A stretch of DNA of 64,000 bases from NCBI GenBank assembly GCA_964202905.1, contig CAXNJO010000006.1:192001-256000 (forward strand), read 5' to 3'. The position numbers and the translations under genes are program-made. Under the pieces are notes generated by a model, which ran no database searches, was not told the DNA's origin, and saw only the letters and a program-made list of their open reading frames with translations. Below, piece after piece: positions 9,977-20,629 of the stretch (position 1 is its first letter; every line of letters begins with the position of its first letter). This DNA comes from Polyangiales bacterium (GTDB lineage Bacteria > Myxococcota_A > Polyangia > Polyangiales > JADJQN01).

Positions 9977-12344
9977 ATGACGGCGGACGCGCTGCTCGGC
10001 CGCACGCTCGGTGGGGTCTACCGGGTCGACAAGCGGCTCGGCGCCGGGGGCATCGGCGCCGTCTACCGCGCGACGCAGGTGCGGACGGGGCGCCGCTACG
10101 CCGTGAAGGTGCTGCTGCCCGAGGCGGCGCTGCACCCGGGCGCGATCGAGCGCTTCCGGCGCGAGGCGGCGGCGCTCGGGGCGCTCGGGCACGCGGGCAT
10201 CGTGCAACTGCACGACTTCGACACCGCCGAGGACGGCATGCAGTTCCTCGTCATGGAGCTGCTCGAGGGCGAGGACCTCGCCGCGCGGCTCGCGACGGGC
10301 GGCGCGCTGCCGTGGGCGACCGCCGTGCGTGTGCTCGAGGAGACGGCGTCCGCGCTCGCCGCGGCGCACGACCTCGGGCTGGTGCACCGCGACCTCAAGC
10401 CCGCCAACATCTTCCTCGCGCGGCGGCAGGGCGCGCTCGAGCGCGCGACGCTGCTCGACTTCGGCCTCGCGCGGAACGTCCGCGCCGACGCCGACGTGCG
10501 GCTCACGGCGACGGGCGCGGGGCTCGGCACGCCGCTCTACATGGCCCCCGAGCAGGCGCGCGGCGAGGACGTCGACCTGCGCTGCGACGTGTACGCGCTC
10601 GGCTGCGTCCTCTACGAGATGTTGACGGGCGCGCCGCCCTTCGACGGGCCGACGCTCACCGCCGTGCTCGCGCGGATCCTCCTCGAGCCGCCTCCGCGGA
10701 CGACGGACCACGCGCCGCGGCCGGTGCCGCCGGGCATCGACGAGGTCGTGCGGACGGCGCTCGCGAAGGACCCCGCGCAGCGCTACCCGAGCGCGCAGGC
10801 GCTCGTCGCCGCGGTGCACCGCGCGGCCGCGGGCTTCGTCGCTGGCGAGGCGGGCGCGGTGGGCGCGCCCCTCGCAGCGACGGCGCTCGCCGTGACGCCC
10901 GATTCGTTGCCGCCCGTGTCCGCGCGGCCCGCATCGAGCGCCTCGGGCGCCGTGCCGTCGGGCGCCGGGTCGTCGGGTGTCGGGCCGTCGGGTGTCGGGC
11001 GGGATGCGCCCTCCGGGCTCGAGGCGACGCAGGCGCGGGGCGACGGGCGCGGTGAGCCCACCCCCGTGACGCCCGCGCGGGGGCCGCACGTTCCCGGCGG
11101 CCTCGTCTTCGGTGCGCCCGCGGACTCGCGCGGCACGCCCGCCCCGCGGCCGCGCCGCCGTCGCGCGCTCGGCACGCTCGTGGGGATCGCCGCGCTGGCG
11201 GTGGCGGGGCTCGGCGTGTCGATCGTCGCGCTCGTGAGGCTGACGTCGCCCCCTGCGCCTCGGCCCTCCGTGGCGCGCGTCGTCGTGTCGGACGAGGTCC
11301 GCGCCGCCCCGACGCCGCCGCGCGCGGCCGCTGCTCCGGGCGTGCTCGACGTCGCCGCGGGATCGGACGAGGCCCGCCCCGACGAGGAGGGCGCCGATGG
11401 GCCCGCGCCCGCGCGGCCGCGTGTCGAGGGCCGCGTGCGACCCATCGGGGATGGCCCGCGCGCGCGCCAGGCGCGGGCACGGCGGAGGCGCTCGAGCGGG
11501 ACGCGGCGCGCCTCGAGCGCGAGGCCGAGGCGGCCGCCGGCGTCGCCGCCGCACAGGGCTCGCTGCGTCCACCGCCTCCGCGCCCGGGCCCGCGCTCCCG
11601 TCGCCCGGGGCCGAGCAGCAGCGCGCGGCCGCGCGGCAGATCGAGGTGCTCGTGCGGCAGCGCGAGTCGGAGATCGCGCAGCTCCGCGCCGCGTTCCCGC
11701 TGGTGCAGGCGCTGCGGGGGGACGCGCGCGCGCTCGCGCGGCTCGCCCGTCCGCCGTCGTGCGCCGACGACCGCCGCCGCGCGGCGCAGGAGATGGGGCG
11801 CGGAGAGCAGTCGACGGTCGCCGGATTCGCGCGCCGCGTCGACGATCTGCTCGAGCGCGTGTGCGGCTTCTACGACGGCTGGGACACGCCCTCGGGCGAG
11901 GGGCGCGACAAATTGCAGCGTTTCGTGACGGCGCTCGACCACGCCGAGCGCATGGCCGCGGAGGTCAGCGCGACGAACCAGCCGCGCGTCGACGCGGAGC
12001 GCGTGCTCGCCGCGATCGCCGACGTGCGCCGCGTGGTCGCGCGCGTGCCGCCGGATGGGGCGCGTTTCCCGTGCCGCGACCCCGTGTGGGGCGCGTTCCG
12101 CGATCTGCGCGCGCTCGAGAACCACTGGGCCGCGGCGGCCGCCGGGCAGGTCACGACGGCGCAGGGGCGCTTCTGCGCGAGCACCCGCATGGACGCGGCC
12201 GGCGTCGAGGGGAGCGTACGCCAGCTCGAAGACGCCGCGTCGAGTGGCGAGCAGACGCTGCGCGCCGTGATCGCGGCGCAGGAGGAGATCGTCGCGCGCT
12301 TCGGCGTGCAGCTCACGCAGTACCGCGCCGGGGCGGCGCCATGA
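9977..12344 (+). CDS. Transmembrane receptor Ser/Thr kinase with extracellular helical Cys domain (apparent frameshift near 11400-11570)
   Basis: LGAGGIGAV, HRDLKPAN, DFG, GTPLYMAPE; TM near 11170-11235; C-terminal domain in frame of ORF 11397..12344. Confidence 0.8.
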
Positions 12345-13492
12345 GCCGGCGCCCGCACCTCGGCGCGCGCGCCTTTGCGGCGCTCCTCGTCGCGGGCAGC
12401 GCCACGGCGTCCGCGGCCTGTGGCGCGTCCTCACGGACCTCCGGGCACGCGACCGCGCGGGCGTCGACGGACGGCGCGGTGCCCCCGTCGTCGTCGGTCG
12501 CAGCCTCCGCGCCGCCCTCGGCCGCCTCGGCTGCTCCCGAGGCCGCGCCGCCGTCCGACGCGCGCGCGGCGCCGGCATCGGACGTCGAGGCCGCCGCCCG
12601 CATCGCCGAGGCGCAGGCCCGCATCGCCGAGGCGCAGGCCCGCATCGCCGAGGCCCGCGACGCGCAGGCCCGCGCCCTCGAGGCGCAGGCCGCGCAGCAG
12701 CGCGCCGAGCGCGGCGACGTGCAGGCGGCATCGACGGCGCTCGCGGACGCGGCGCTGCACGGCGAGCTCGCGCGCCTCGCGCAGCGCGTCGGAGAGGCCG
12801 ACGCGGCCCTCGCGCAGATCGCGTCGCTCCGCGCCGGGAGCGTCGATGCGCCCGACCCGCACGCGCCGCCGATCTGCGCCGACGGTCGCGCGCTCGAGTC
12901 GCTGCGTCTCGCGCCCGCCTCCGCGCCGCTCACCGTCGGCGACGTGACCAGGCTCGCCCGGCAGATCGACGACCTCTGCGCGCGGCTCCGGCGCTGGCGC
13001 GAGCCTGACGAGCGCTCGGCCCCTGCGATCGCCGAGTACGCGCTGCGTCTCGCGCGCGTCGAGGGCTGGATGCGCGAGGTCCGCGGCTGCGTCGGCGCGA
13101 CCGGCCGCGACGCCGCGCGCTGCGAGAACGCCTACGGACGCACGGCGGACGCCGAAGCCCGCGAGGCCCGCGCGATCGAGGCGCTCCTCGCCGCGCACCG
13201 CCGCGAGCTCGACGGCGTCGAAGCGGGGCAGCGTCCGTTCCCGTGCGCGACGCCGACGCTCGCCCGCATCGCGTCCACGCGGTTCGAGGGCCCCGTCGCG
13301 CGCGCGCAGCTCCCCGCGTTCCCGCGGGCCGCGGAGTCCGTGTGCGCGGCGATCGGCGTCGATGCGCCCGGCCTCCGCGCGCTGCGCCGCGGGATCGCGC
13401 TGCAGCTCGATTCGCTCGAGAGCGGCGCCCGCACCGAGCGCGCCCGCTGGCTCCGCGAGGCCGAGCTCCTGCGCGCCCGGCTCGGCACGTAG
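12341..13492 (+). CDS. Putative lipoprotein with coiled coil and Cys domain paralogous to the upstream kinase ectodomain
   Basis: ATGA overlap; signal peptide ending ASAAC; ARIAEAQ heptad repeats; PPICAD and FPC motifs. Confidence 0.7.
   Translation: MSRRPHLGARAFAALLVAGSATASAACGASSRTSGHATARASTDGAVPPSSSVAASAPPSAASAAPEAAPPSDARAAPASDVEAAARIAEAQARIAEAQARIAEARDAQARALEAQAAQQRAERGDVQAASTALADAALHGELARLAQRVGEADAALAQIASLRAGSVDAPDPHAPPICADGRALESLRLAPASAPLTVGDVTRLARQIDDLCARLRRWREPDERSAPAIAEYALRLARVEGWMREVRGCVGATGRDAARCENAYGRTADAEAREARAIEALLAAHRRELDGVEAGQRPFPCATPTLARIASTRFEGPVARAQLPAFPRAAESVCAAIGVDAPGLRALRRGIALQLDSLESGARTERARWLREAELLRARLGT
12596..12653 (+). repeat. In-frame 21-bp tandem repeat (about 2.8 copies, ARIAEAQ)
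   Basis: gcccgcatcgccgaggcgcag repeated. Confidence 0.85.
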
Positions 13493-13497
13493 CGCCG

Positions 13498-13962
13498 CTA
13501 CGGCTCCTCGCCGCGCCCGAGCACGAGGAAATGCCCCGTCGCGCTCGCGACCTCGACGCGGCGGTCCTCCTGCCACGCGACCGCGTGCACGCTCGCGACG
13601 CGGCGTCCGAGCCGCGCGACCGTCGCCTTCGCCCAGGTGTCCACGGCGCGCCCCGAGCGCATGTAGTCGACCGTCACGTTGATGGTCTTCGGCAGCACGA
13701 CCGTCTCCATCTCCGCGAGCAGCTGGAAGATCGCCGCGCACTCGAGGAGGGCCGCGAGCGTGCCGCCGTGGAGCGCGGGGATCGAGGTGTTCCCCACCAG
13801 CGGTGGCGAGAAGCGCAGGCGCGTCCGCAACTCGCCCTCGTACAGGCCCGCGTCGAGCCCGAGGAAGCGCGCGTAGGGGAGGGCGCCGGTCACGGGGCTC
13901 CAGTCCCCGTCGCGCCGGGCCTGCTCGACGCGCGCGACCAGCTCGGGGTGCGAGACCGTCAC
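13498..13962 (-). CDS. PaaI-family thioesterase
   Basis: LVGN..ALHGG, TINVTVDYMR hot-dog motifs. Confidence 0.9.
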   Translation of the reverse strand: MTVSHPELVARVEQARRDGDWSPVTGALPYARFLGLDAGLYEGELRTRLRFSPPLVGNTSIPALHGGTLAALLECAAIFQLLAEMETVVLPKTINVTVDYMRSGRAVDTWAKATVARLGRRVASVHAVAWQEDRRVEVASATGHFLVLGRGEEP

Positions 13963-14489
13963 GTCGCGCCTCCGCCCTGCCCGCCGTGCTCGGTCTCCGC
14001 GCTGCGCGGGGGCGTCGCGCGCTGCGCGACCGAGGTGCCGCGGGTGCCGATCATGAACGTCGCGGCGGCGGCCGCGATCGGGTCGGCGGGGTCCTCGTGG
14101 TAGGCGAGGGCGCGCACGAAACCCACGTTGCGCGTGAGTTTGATGGTCTCCGCGCGCGCGAGCACCGCGAGGCCCGGCGTGGCGGGCTTGAGGTAGTCGA
14201 TGCGCAGATCGAGGGTCGCGATCGCGAGCGGGCGCGCGAGCTTCATGAACACCGCCGCGCCGCAGGTCGCGTCGATGAGCGACGAGATCGCGCCGCCGTG
14301 CAGCACGCCCGTCGCCGGGTCACCGACGAGCGCCTCCGCGTACGGCAGGCGCATGGTCGCGTGGCCCTCCCCGGGCCCGACGTCGACGAGCTCGAGCCCG
14401 AGCGCCGCGTTGTGCGGCACGCCGTCGCGGAAGGCGTGCGTCATCACGGCGAGCACCTGCGACTTCGAAGGGGGCGTCGGCGTACTCAT
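13959..14489 (-). CDS. PaaI-family thioesterase
   Basis: LVGDPATGVLHGG, ATLDLRIDYLKPA. Confidence 0.92.
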   Translation of the reverse strand: MSTPTPPSKSQVLAVMTHAFRDGVPHNAALGLELVDVGPGEGHATMRLPYAEALVGDPATGVLHGGAISSLIDATCGAAVFMKLARPLAIATLDLRIDYLKPATPGLAVLARAETIKLTRNVGFVRALAYHEDPADPIAAAAATFMIGTRGTSVAQRATPPRSAETEHGGQGGGAT

Positions 14490-14527
14490 GCCGTCGCGTC
14501 TCTACCACGAACGTCGCGCACCGCGCG

Positions 14528-14671
14528 CCGCGTCACGCTGCATCACGGGGCCTCGACGCCGCCGCGTCTCGCCGCTTCACGGAGACTCAACGCCACCGCG
14601 TCACGCTGCATCACGGGGCCTCGACGCCGCCGCGTCTCGCCGCTTCACGGAGACTCGACGCCACCGCGTCA
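14528..14671. repeat. Intergenic tandem repeat, 68-bp period made of alternating 34-bp A/B units
   Basis: A=ccgcgtcacgctgcatcacggggcctcgacgccg, B=ccgcgtctcgccgcttcacggagactc(a/g)acgcca; order ABAB plus a partial unit. Confidence 0.9.
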
Positions 14672-14860
14672 TCGCGGTGTGGCCAACCGCGTTCGCCCGT
14701 GGGGGCCGACTCAGGGACGCGACGAGGGGGTGACAGCGACGGTGTCGGCCATCCCCCTCATGGTGTCAGCGTCGGAGTCGAGGTGGGTTTGTCCGCGGGA
14801 CGTGAAGGGGATTCACCCAGGGCGTCCAACACCCCTTCACGCCGCGGACTGGCCACCCGA

Positions 14861-15418
14861 TCAGCCCTTCTTGCCGCGGGGAGCCTTCGCCGCGGCCGCC
14901 TTGCCGGGCGGGCGGCCCTTGCGCTTGGCCTTGCCGCCCGAGTCGCCGCCCGTCGCGGCCACGGCCGCCTCGGCGCCCGCGCTGCCGCCGGTCGCGAAGT
15001 AGCGCGAGGCGCGCTTCACGCCCTCACGGCGAATCGCGCCGGTGTCGAGCAGCTTCTGCAGGGGGCGCGAGAGGTCCTTCGTCGGCGTCGAGAGCGCGAC
15101 GCTGATCTCCTCCATGCGCTGACCGGGCTTGGCGCTGACGTAATCGATCAGCTCCTTCACGGTGCGATCGAGCTCGACGGCCGTGCGCTTGGCGCCCTTC
15201 TTGCGGGTGCGCGGGGTCTTCGCCGCCTTCGCCGCCTTCGCTGCCGTGGCGGGCGCCGCGATCGCGGCCTTCTCAGCGCGCGCGGGCTTCACGCTCCCGC
15301 CGAAGCGACCGAGCGCCGCCTCGACGTGCTCGCGGACGGCGGCGCCGATGAGCTGCTGGAGCTCCTCGGTGAAGTTGCGAATGGTCGTCTCGATACGTGC
15401 GTTGGTGTCCGCCATCAT
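14861..15418 (-). CDS. Basic nucleoid-type DNA-binding protein (N-terminal helix, Ala/Lys linker, winged helix)
   Basis: KGAKRT..PGQRMEEI..LSRPLQKL..GVKRASRYF; AK-rich tails; AGAGGG before the ATG. Confidence 0.75.
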   Translation of the reverse strand: MMADTNARIETTIRNFTEELQQLIGAAVREHVEAALGRFGGSVKPARAEKAAIAAPATAAKAAKAAKTPRTRKKGAKRTAVELDRTVKELIDYVSAKPGQRMEEISVALSTPTKDLSRPLQKLLDTGAIRREGVKRASRYFATGGSAGAEAAVAATGGDSGGKAKRKGRPPGKAAAAKAPRGKKG

Positions 15419-15762
15419 CCCTCTTCGATCGCGCCCGGTCGGGCGCACAAGCCACGAAACCTGGTCACTGCGCGATTGCAGCCAAGGCCGTGTTGGTGGC
15501 GAGAATGACACGTTTGGCGAGATGTCGAGTGGGAGAATCGTATTTTTCTCACCGTAGTCGGGATTCGGTCGGCCACGTCAGCCGCCAATCGCGTACCCTC
15601 CGCGCCGTGTCGCACCGCGAACGAGCCACCGAGACGACAGCGCGCAAACGCGCTGCAGGCCCGCTTTTTCGGCCTGTCGCGGGGCCCGTGAGGGCGTGCG
15701 TCGCCGGCGCGCCTCTCGCGTGCATGCGAGTCACGACCACGTCGTCGCGGGGCGTTTCGCGC

Positions 15763-18043
15763 ATGGACGCACCGTCCACACGGGCGCCGTTCAGGCAGTC
15801 CGCATGGGTGTTCGCGCACCTCGTCTGCGTGGCATTCGCATGCTCGCTCGCCACGCCCGTCGCCGCCCAAGAGGCCACCTCGCCCCGCGCTCCGAGGGCC
15901 CCAGAACGTGCCGTGTCTGCGCCGTTTGCCGCGCGGGCCCGCACCGGAGCGCGCGCGCCGGGCGCGTCTCTGCGTGGGCGCAGCGTCACCGTCGTCACGC
16001 GGCGGGAGCGCGAAGAGCGCATCGCGCGCTCGGCCCCCGACGCGCTGCGCTACGAGCCGGGCGTCAGCGTGCAGCAGACGGCGCACGGCCAGGCGAGCCC
16101 CTATGTGCGCGGGCTGACCGGTCAACAGGTGTTGCTCGTCTTCGACGGAGTCCGTCTCAACAACGGCGTCTATCGACAGGGGCCCAATCAGTACTTCTTC
16201 ACCGTCGACGAGCGCACGCTCGAGCGCATCGAGGTGCTGCGCGGGAGCGCGTCCACGCATTTCGGCTCCGATGCGCTCGGGGGCGTGCTGCTCGCGACAC
16301 CGATCGAGCCGCGCCTCGACGCGCACGGCGACGCGCTGCGCGTGCGTCCGCGGGGCTTTTCGCGCTTCGCGAGCGCCGATGGCGAGTGGGGCGGTCGCGC
16401 GCAGGTCGAGGCGTCCCTCGGCGACAGCGTCGGCCTGGTCGCCGGCGTCGGTTACCGTGATCTCGGACTGCTCGAGTCGGGCGGACTCGTCGCGAATCCG
16501 GGGCGCCTGCCGCCCGTCGTGCCGCGCTTCGACACCGATGGGCGCACGCAGCTCGGCACGGGGTTTCGCGAAGGGACGTTCGACGCCCGCGTCGTCGCGC
16601 GCGTCGCGCCGCGCCTGCGCGCCGTCGCCGCCGTGTATGGGTATCGGCAATACGACGCGCCGCGCACGGACAAATGTCCTCCCCCCGAGCAGCGCGTCGG
16701 TGCGTGCCTGACCATCGCCGAGCAGTTTCGGACGCTCGCCTACGCCGCGCTCCGCGGCGACGCGGGCCGCGCGGTCCGCGACCTCTCGCTCACGCTCTCC
16801 TACCAGCGGACGCACGAGCTGCGGACCAACGACTTCCCCGTCGCGTTCACGCGGACCTCGGGGCGCGACGACGTCGACACGCTCGGCCTCGCGCTGCGGG
16901 CCGCGACGCCGCGCCTCGCGCTCGGTGCAGTCCGACGCGGACGGCTTCGCGGCGGGGCTCACGCTCCGCTACGGGTTCGACGCGTACCGCGACGGCGTGG
17001 CGTCGCGCGCCTGGTACACGTTCACCGATGTGGGGGTGACGCGCGCGGAGCCGCGCGGGCAGTACGTCGATGGCGCGACCTTCGCGCAGGCGGGGATCTT
17101 CGCGGAGCTCGAGGCCGAGCCGCTCACGTGGCTGCGCGTGCGGGCGGGCGCGCGCTACGGCGGCGCGGCTGCGAGCGCGGCGGGCGAGGGGCGTTCGGGC
17201 ACGCGCCCCGTCGATCTGCGCGCGGACGCGCTCGTCGGTCGGGGGGGGCTCGAGGTCGCGCTCGGCCCCTCGCTCACGCTGCTCGCCAACGTCGATCAGG
17301 GCTTCCGCGCGCCGAACCTCGACGACCTCACCGCGCGCTCGATCACGGGCCCGGGCTACCAGTTCGAGAATCCCGCGCTCGTCGCCGAACGCTCCCTCAG
17401 CACCGAGCTCGGCGCGCGGCTCTCGCACGGCGCGCTCCTCGTCGAGGCGTGGGGCTACGCGACGCGCATCGAGGACGCGATCACGCGCGTCGCGCGCACG
17501 ACGTGTCCCCCGGGCGATGCGGCGTGCACCGGCTCGCGCATCCGCTTCCAGCTCGTGAACGCGGCGCGCCCGGCGCGGATCGCGGGCGCCGAGGCGCTCG
17601 TCCGCGCCGCCCTGCCGCTCGGCTTCTCGCTGCGCGCGGGGATCGCGTGGACGGTCGGCGATCAACCCAACCCCGAGCCGCGACCCGTCGCGGCCGCCGC
17701 GCCGTACCGCGAGCGCGTGCCGCTCTCGCGCGTGCCGCCCCTCAACGGCACGGCGGAGCTGCGCTGGCGCCACCGACCGACCGGGCTCTACCTCGGCAGC
17801 GGGATGCGCTGGGCGCTTGCCCAGACGCGCCTCGCTCCGCAAGACTTCGCCGATGCGCGCATCCCGGAGGGCGGTACGCCCGGATACGCGGTGTTCGATC
17901 TCCGCGCCGGTTGGCGTTGGGATGAACGGCTGACTGCCTCGCTCGTCGTCGAGAACCTGCTCGACGCGGCCTGGCGGGTCCATGGCTCGAGCGTCAATGG
18001 TCCTGCGCGCGGCGTGGTCTTTTCGCTGAGCGGCGGTCTCTGA
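15763..18043 (+). CDS. TonB-dependent outer-membrane receptor (apparent frameshift near 16925)
   Basis: Plug DALRYEPGV..SPYVRGL..DGVRLNN..RIEVLRG..GSDALGG; barrel in next frame GFRAPNLDDL..ENLLD. Confidence 0.9.
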
Positions 18044-18051
18044 GGTCTGTC

Positions 18052-19306
18052 ATGCGTTCACGAAATCCCCTCTCGAATCGGCTCTTCGTGGTCGTCCTCG
18101 CCGTCTGCGCCCTCGCCGGGTGCGAGTCGGCGGACCCGCCGCTCACGCCCACGGACGCAGGGCGTCCCGACGCCGCCCTGCCCGACGCGAGCGCCGATCT
18201 CGGCGCGGATCTCGGCGTCGACCTCGACGCCTCGGCCACCGACGCGGGCGAGGGCAGCGATCTCGGCGCGGACGTCGACGGCGTGCGCGCCGGACGCGGG
18301 CGCGCGCGACGCCGGGTCGCGTGTCTGCGAGCGCGCTGCGGGGGACTACTTCCCCGACACGGCGACGCGCGACACCGCGGCGTGGCCCGCGTGCATCTCC
18401 GACGACGGCACGTATCAACCCTTCTCGGCGGGCCCCGTCGGCGGCGTGACGCGCGCAGATCAATACCGGCAGATCATCGCGCTCCTCTTCGACCCGACGC
18501 GCGATCCGAGCACCGACGACTTCCTCGCGGCGCGCACGCTCTACGTCAACACCGCCGATCCGACGGCGGGCATCGCCCTCCGCCTCGGCCGGCGCGCGGA
18601 CTTCCACTACGAGGTGACGGCGCCCGCGGGGACCGTCTGCACGGACCCCGGCGCCGCGACGATGTACCCCGACTTGTGTGCGGGGCCGGCGCGCCTCGAG
18701 CCGCTCATCAACGCGGCCTTCACGCTCGGCTCGACGCCGGGCCTCGCGGACGCGCGCGTGCCCGCGGCCCTCATCGAGGCCGGCCTCCTCTGGTTCCACT
18801 ACCTGTCGGCGTTGTCCGAGGTCCGGGGTTGCACCACCACCAAGTCGAATTGCGACTCGGCCTGGGCCTACTACACGGGGGGCGCGGACCCGCGCGGCGG
18901 CATCGGCTTCGGCGCGTACGTGCAGGCGGCCGACCCGCTCGCGCACGACCGCGCGTGGGACGCCGTGCTCGCGGTGCGCTGCTGGCGCGACCTCGACACC
19001 GCGGTGCCCGCGGCGGATCTCGCGCGCCGCGACGCAGCCTACGACCAGCTCGACCGCGCGACGCTCGCGGGCGTCGTCTCGGTCGTGCGTGCGCGGGCGG
19101 CGCGGCTCGGCGAGACGGCCGGCAGCGAGCGCTCGGCCCACTGGGCGTTCGTGCGGACGCTCATCGCCTTCCTCGATCGCGGTGCGCGGCTCGTCGATCC
19201 CGCGGCCGCCGACGTCCTCGTGGCGGCGGCCATGCGGACGGACGCTGCGACGGTGAACGTCCCCGCCGTCCTCGCCGCGCTCGACGCCGTCCGCGCCTGC
19301 CCCTGA
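18052..19306 (+). CDS. Putative lipoprotein with helical Cys-rich domain (apparent frameshift(s) near 18290-18400)
   Basis: Lipobox LAGC, DAG/DLG linker; C-terminal domain in frame of ORF 18446..19306 (CDSAWAYYTGG). Confidence 0.6.
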
Positions 19307-19428
19307 CCCCGCACGTTGGAGGAGGAGGGCGGCGTGTGCGCGACCTGGCGCGTGCGCCGCCCTCGCCGCGCGGTCGGTCACGCAGCGTTGCGCCCCGAAC
19401 CGCGCGCCGCGTTCAGCGCACGCCGTGC

Positions 19429-20439
19429 TCAGCGCTCGCCGAACGCCGCCGCGCGCTCGATGAGCGCGGCGTCGGCGATGCGTGAGGCGACGCGCGCGCG
19501 CACCTCGCGGCCGACGCGCCGCCACTCGTCGTGGTTCGCGGGCGTCGTGCCGACCAGCTCGATGCCGCGCGCGATGAGCGTCTCGGTGGCCTGACGCTCG
19601 GCGGCCCGCGAGTTGCGGCGCCCGAGCGCGTGGAACTGCGTGCCCGTCTCGCTGAGCACCGCGCGCTCCTGCTCGGTGAGCGTCTGCCACGCGCGATCGC
19701 TGAGGACGGTGCCGCCGATGACGATGGCCATCGGGACATCCGTCATCGTGCGCGCGTGCCCCGCCCACTGGAGCATCCCGGCGACGACGGGCGGCGCGAG
19801 GAAGGTGTCGATGCGCCGCGTCTGCAGGCCGCCGAGCACCTCGGGCAGCGCGAGCGTCACGGGCGTCGTCCGAACGACCTCGAAGAACGACGGGATGATC
19901 AGGTCGTCGGCGCGCTTCCAGAAGCGCTTGCCGACGAGGTCGCGCGGCGAGCGGATCGGCGTCGACGAGAAGATGTGCGCCTGCCCGACGTCGGCCCAGC
20001 CGAGCATGTGGAAACCGGCCCGGACGATGCCCTCGTCGAGCGTCGGCGCGAGCGCGGTGCGCGCGGCGTCGAGCTGCTCGTAGCGCAGAAACGTGCCGGG
20101 GAGCTGGAGCACGAGCGCGGGGCGGTAGATCTGCGAGAGCCCGAGCGAGGTCACCGTGCAGCCGTCGAGGCGCCCGCCGCGGATCTTGCGGAGGAGCTCC
20201 GGCTCGTCGCCCTGCACGCCGCCCGCGTAGAAGCGGAACTGCACCGAGCGGTTCGTGCGGCGGCGCAGCTCGCGGTTCCACGCCTCGAAGCCGCGCATCA
20301 GCGGCGACCCGGGCGGCGCGACGGTGGCGATCGAGATCGTCTTGGTCGCGGGCTCCTGCGCCGTGATGCGGCCCTCGAGCGGGAGCGTGGCGAGGGAGAG
20401 CGCGAGGACGAGCCAGGCGAGCGGGGCGAGTCGCTTCAT
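19429..20439 (-). CDS. dctP: TRAP transporter solute-binding protein (DctP/TatP-like)
   Basis: Signal peptide; IATVAPPGS, FYAGGVQGDE, KIRGGRLDG. Confidence 0.88.
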   Translation of the reverse strand: MKRLAPLAWLVLALSLATLPLEGRITAQEPATKTISIATVAPPGSPLMRGFEAWNRELRRRTNRSVQFRFYAGGVQGDEPELLRKIRGGRLDGCTVTSLGLSQIYRPALVLQLPGTFLRYEQLDAARTALAPTLDEGIVRAGFHMLGWADVGQAHIFSSTPIRSPRDLVGKRFWKRADDLIIPSFFEVVRTTPVTLALPEVLGGLQTRRIDTFLAPPVVAGMLQWAGHARTMTDVPMAIVIGGTVLSDRAWQTLTEQERAVLSETGTQFHALGRRNSRAAERQATETLIARGIELVGTTPANHDEWRRVGREVRARVASRIADAALIERAAAFGER

Positions 20440-20629
20440 GCAGCGACCGTAACAGAACGTCATGCGTGTCGTGCGCGCGGGGCAGAAGGCGCACCGTCGA
20501 GCCGCGCGACTGAATCGCGGTTCAGCGTGGCGCGGCCGGACGTCGGCACTCCGCGCGGCGGTCTTCACGACGCGGCGTTGCTCGCGATGGGGCGGTGTTC
20601 GCGGCGCGGCGAAGTGGGCGGTGCGCGCG

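Noticed and set aside
11570..12340. 1171-aa kinase-lipoprotein fusion in the ORF track
   Set aside because: The middle segment is Arg-rich off-frame sequence; the real ectodomain is in another frame and the lipoprotein has its own start and signal peptide
14528..14671. CRISPR array
   Set aside because: Units are contiguous with no unique spacers, and there are no cas genes in the window
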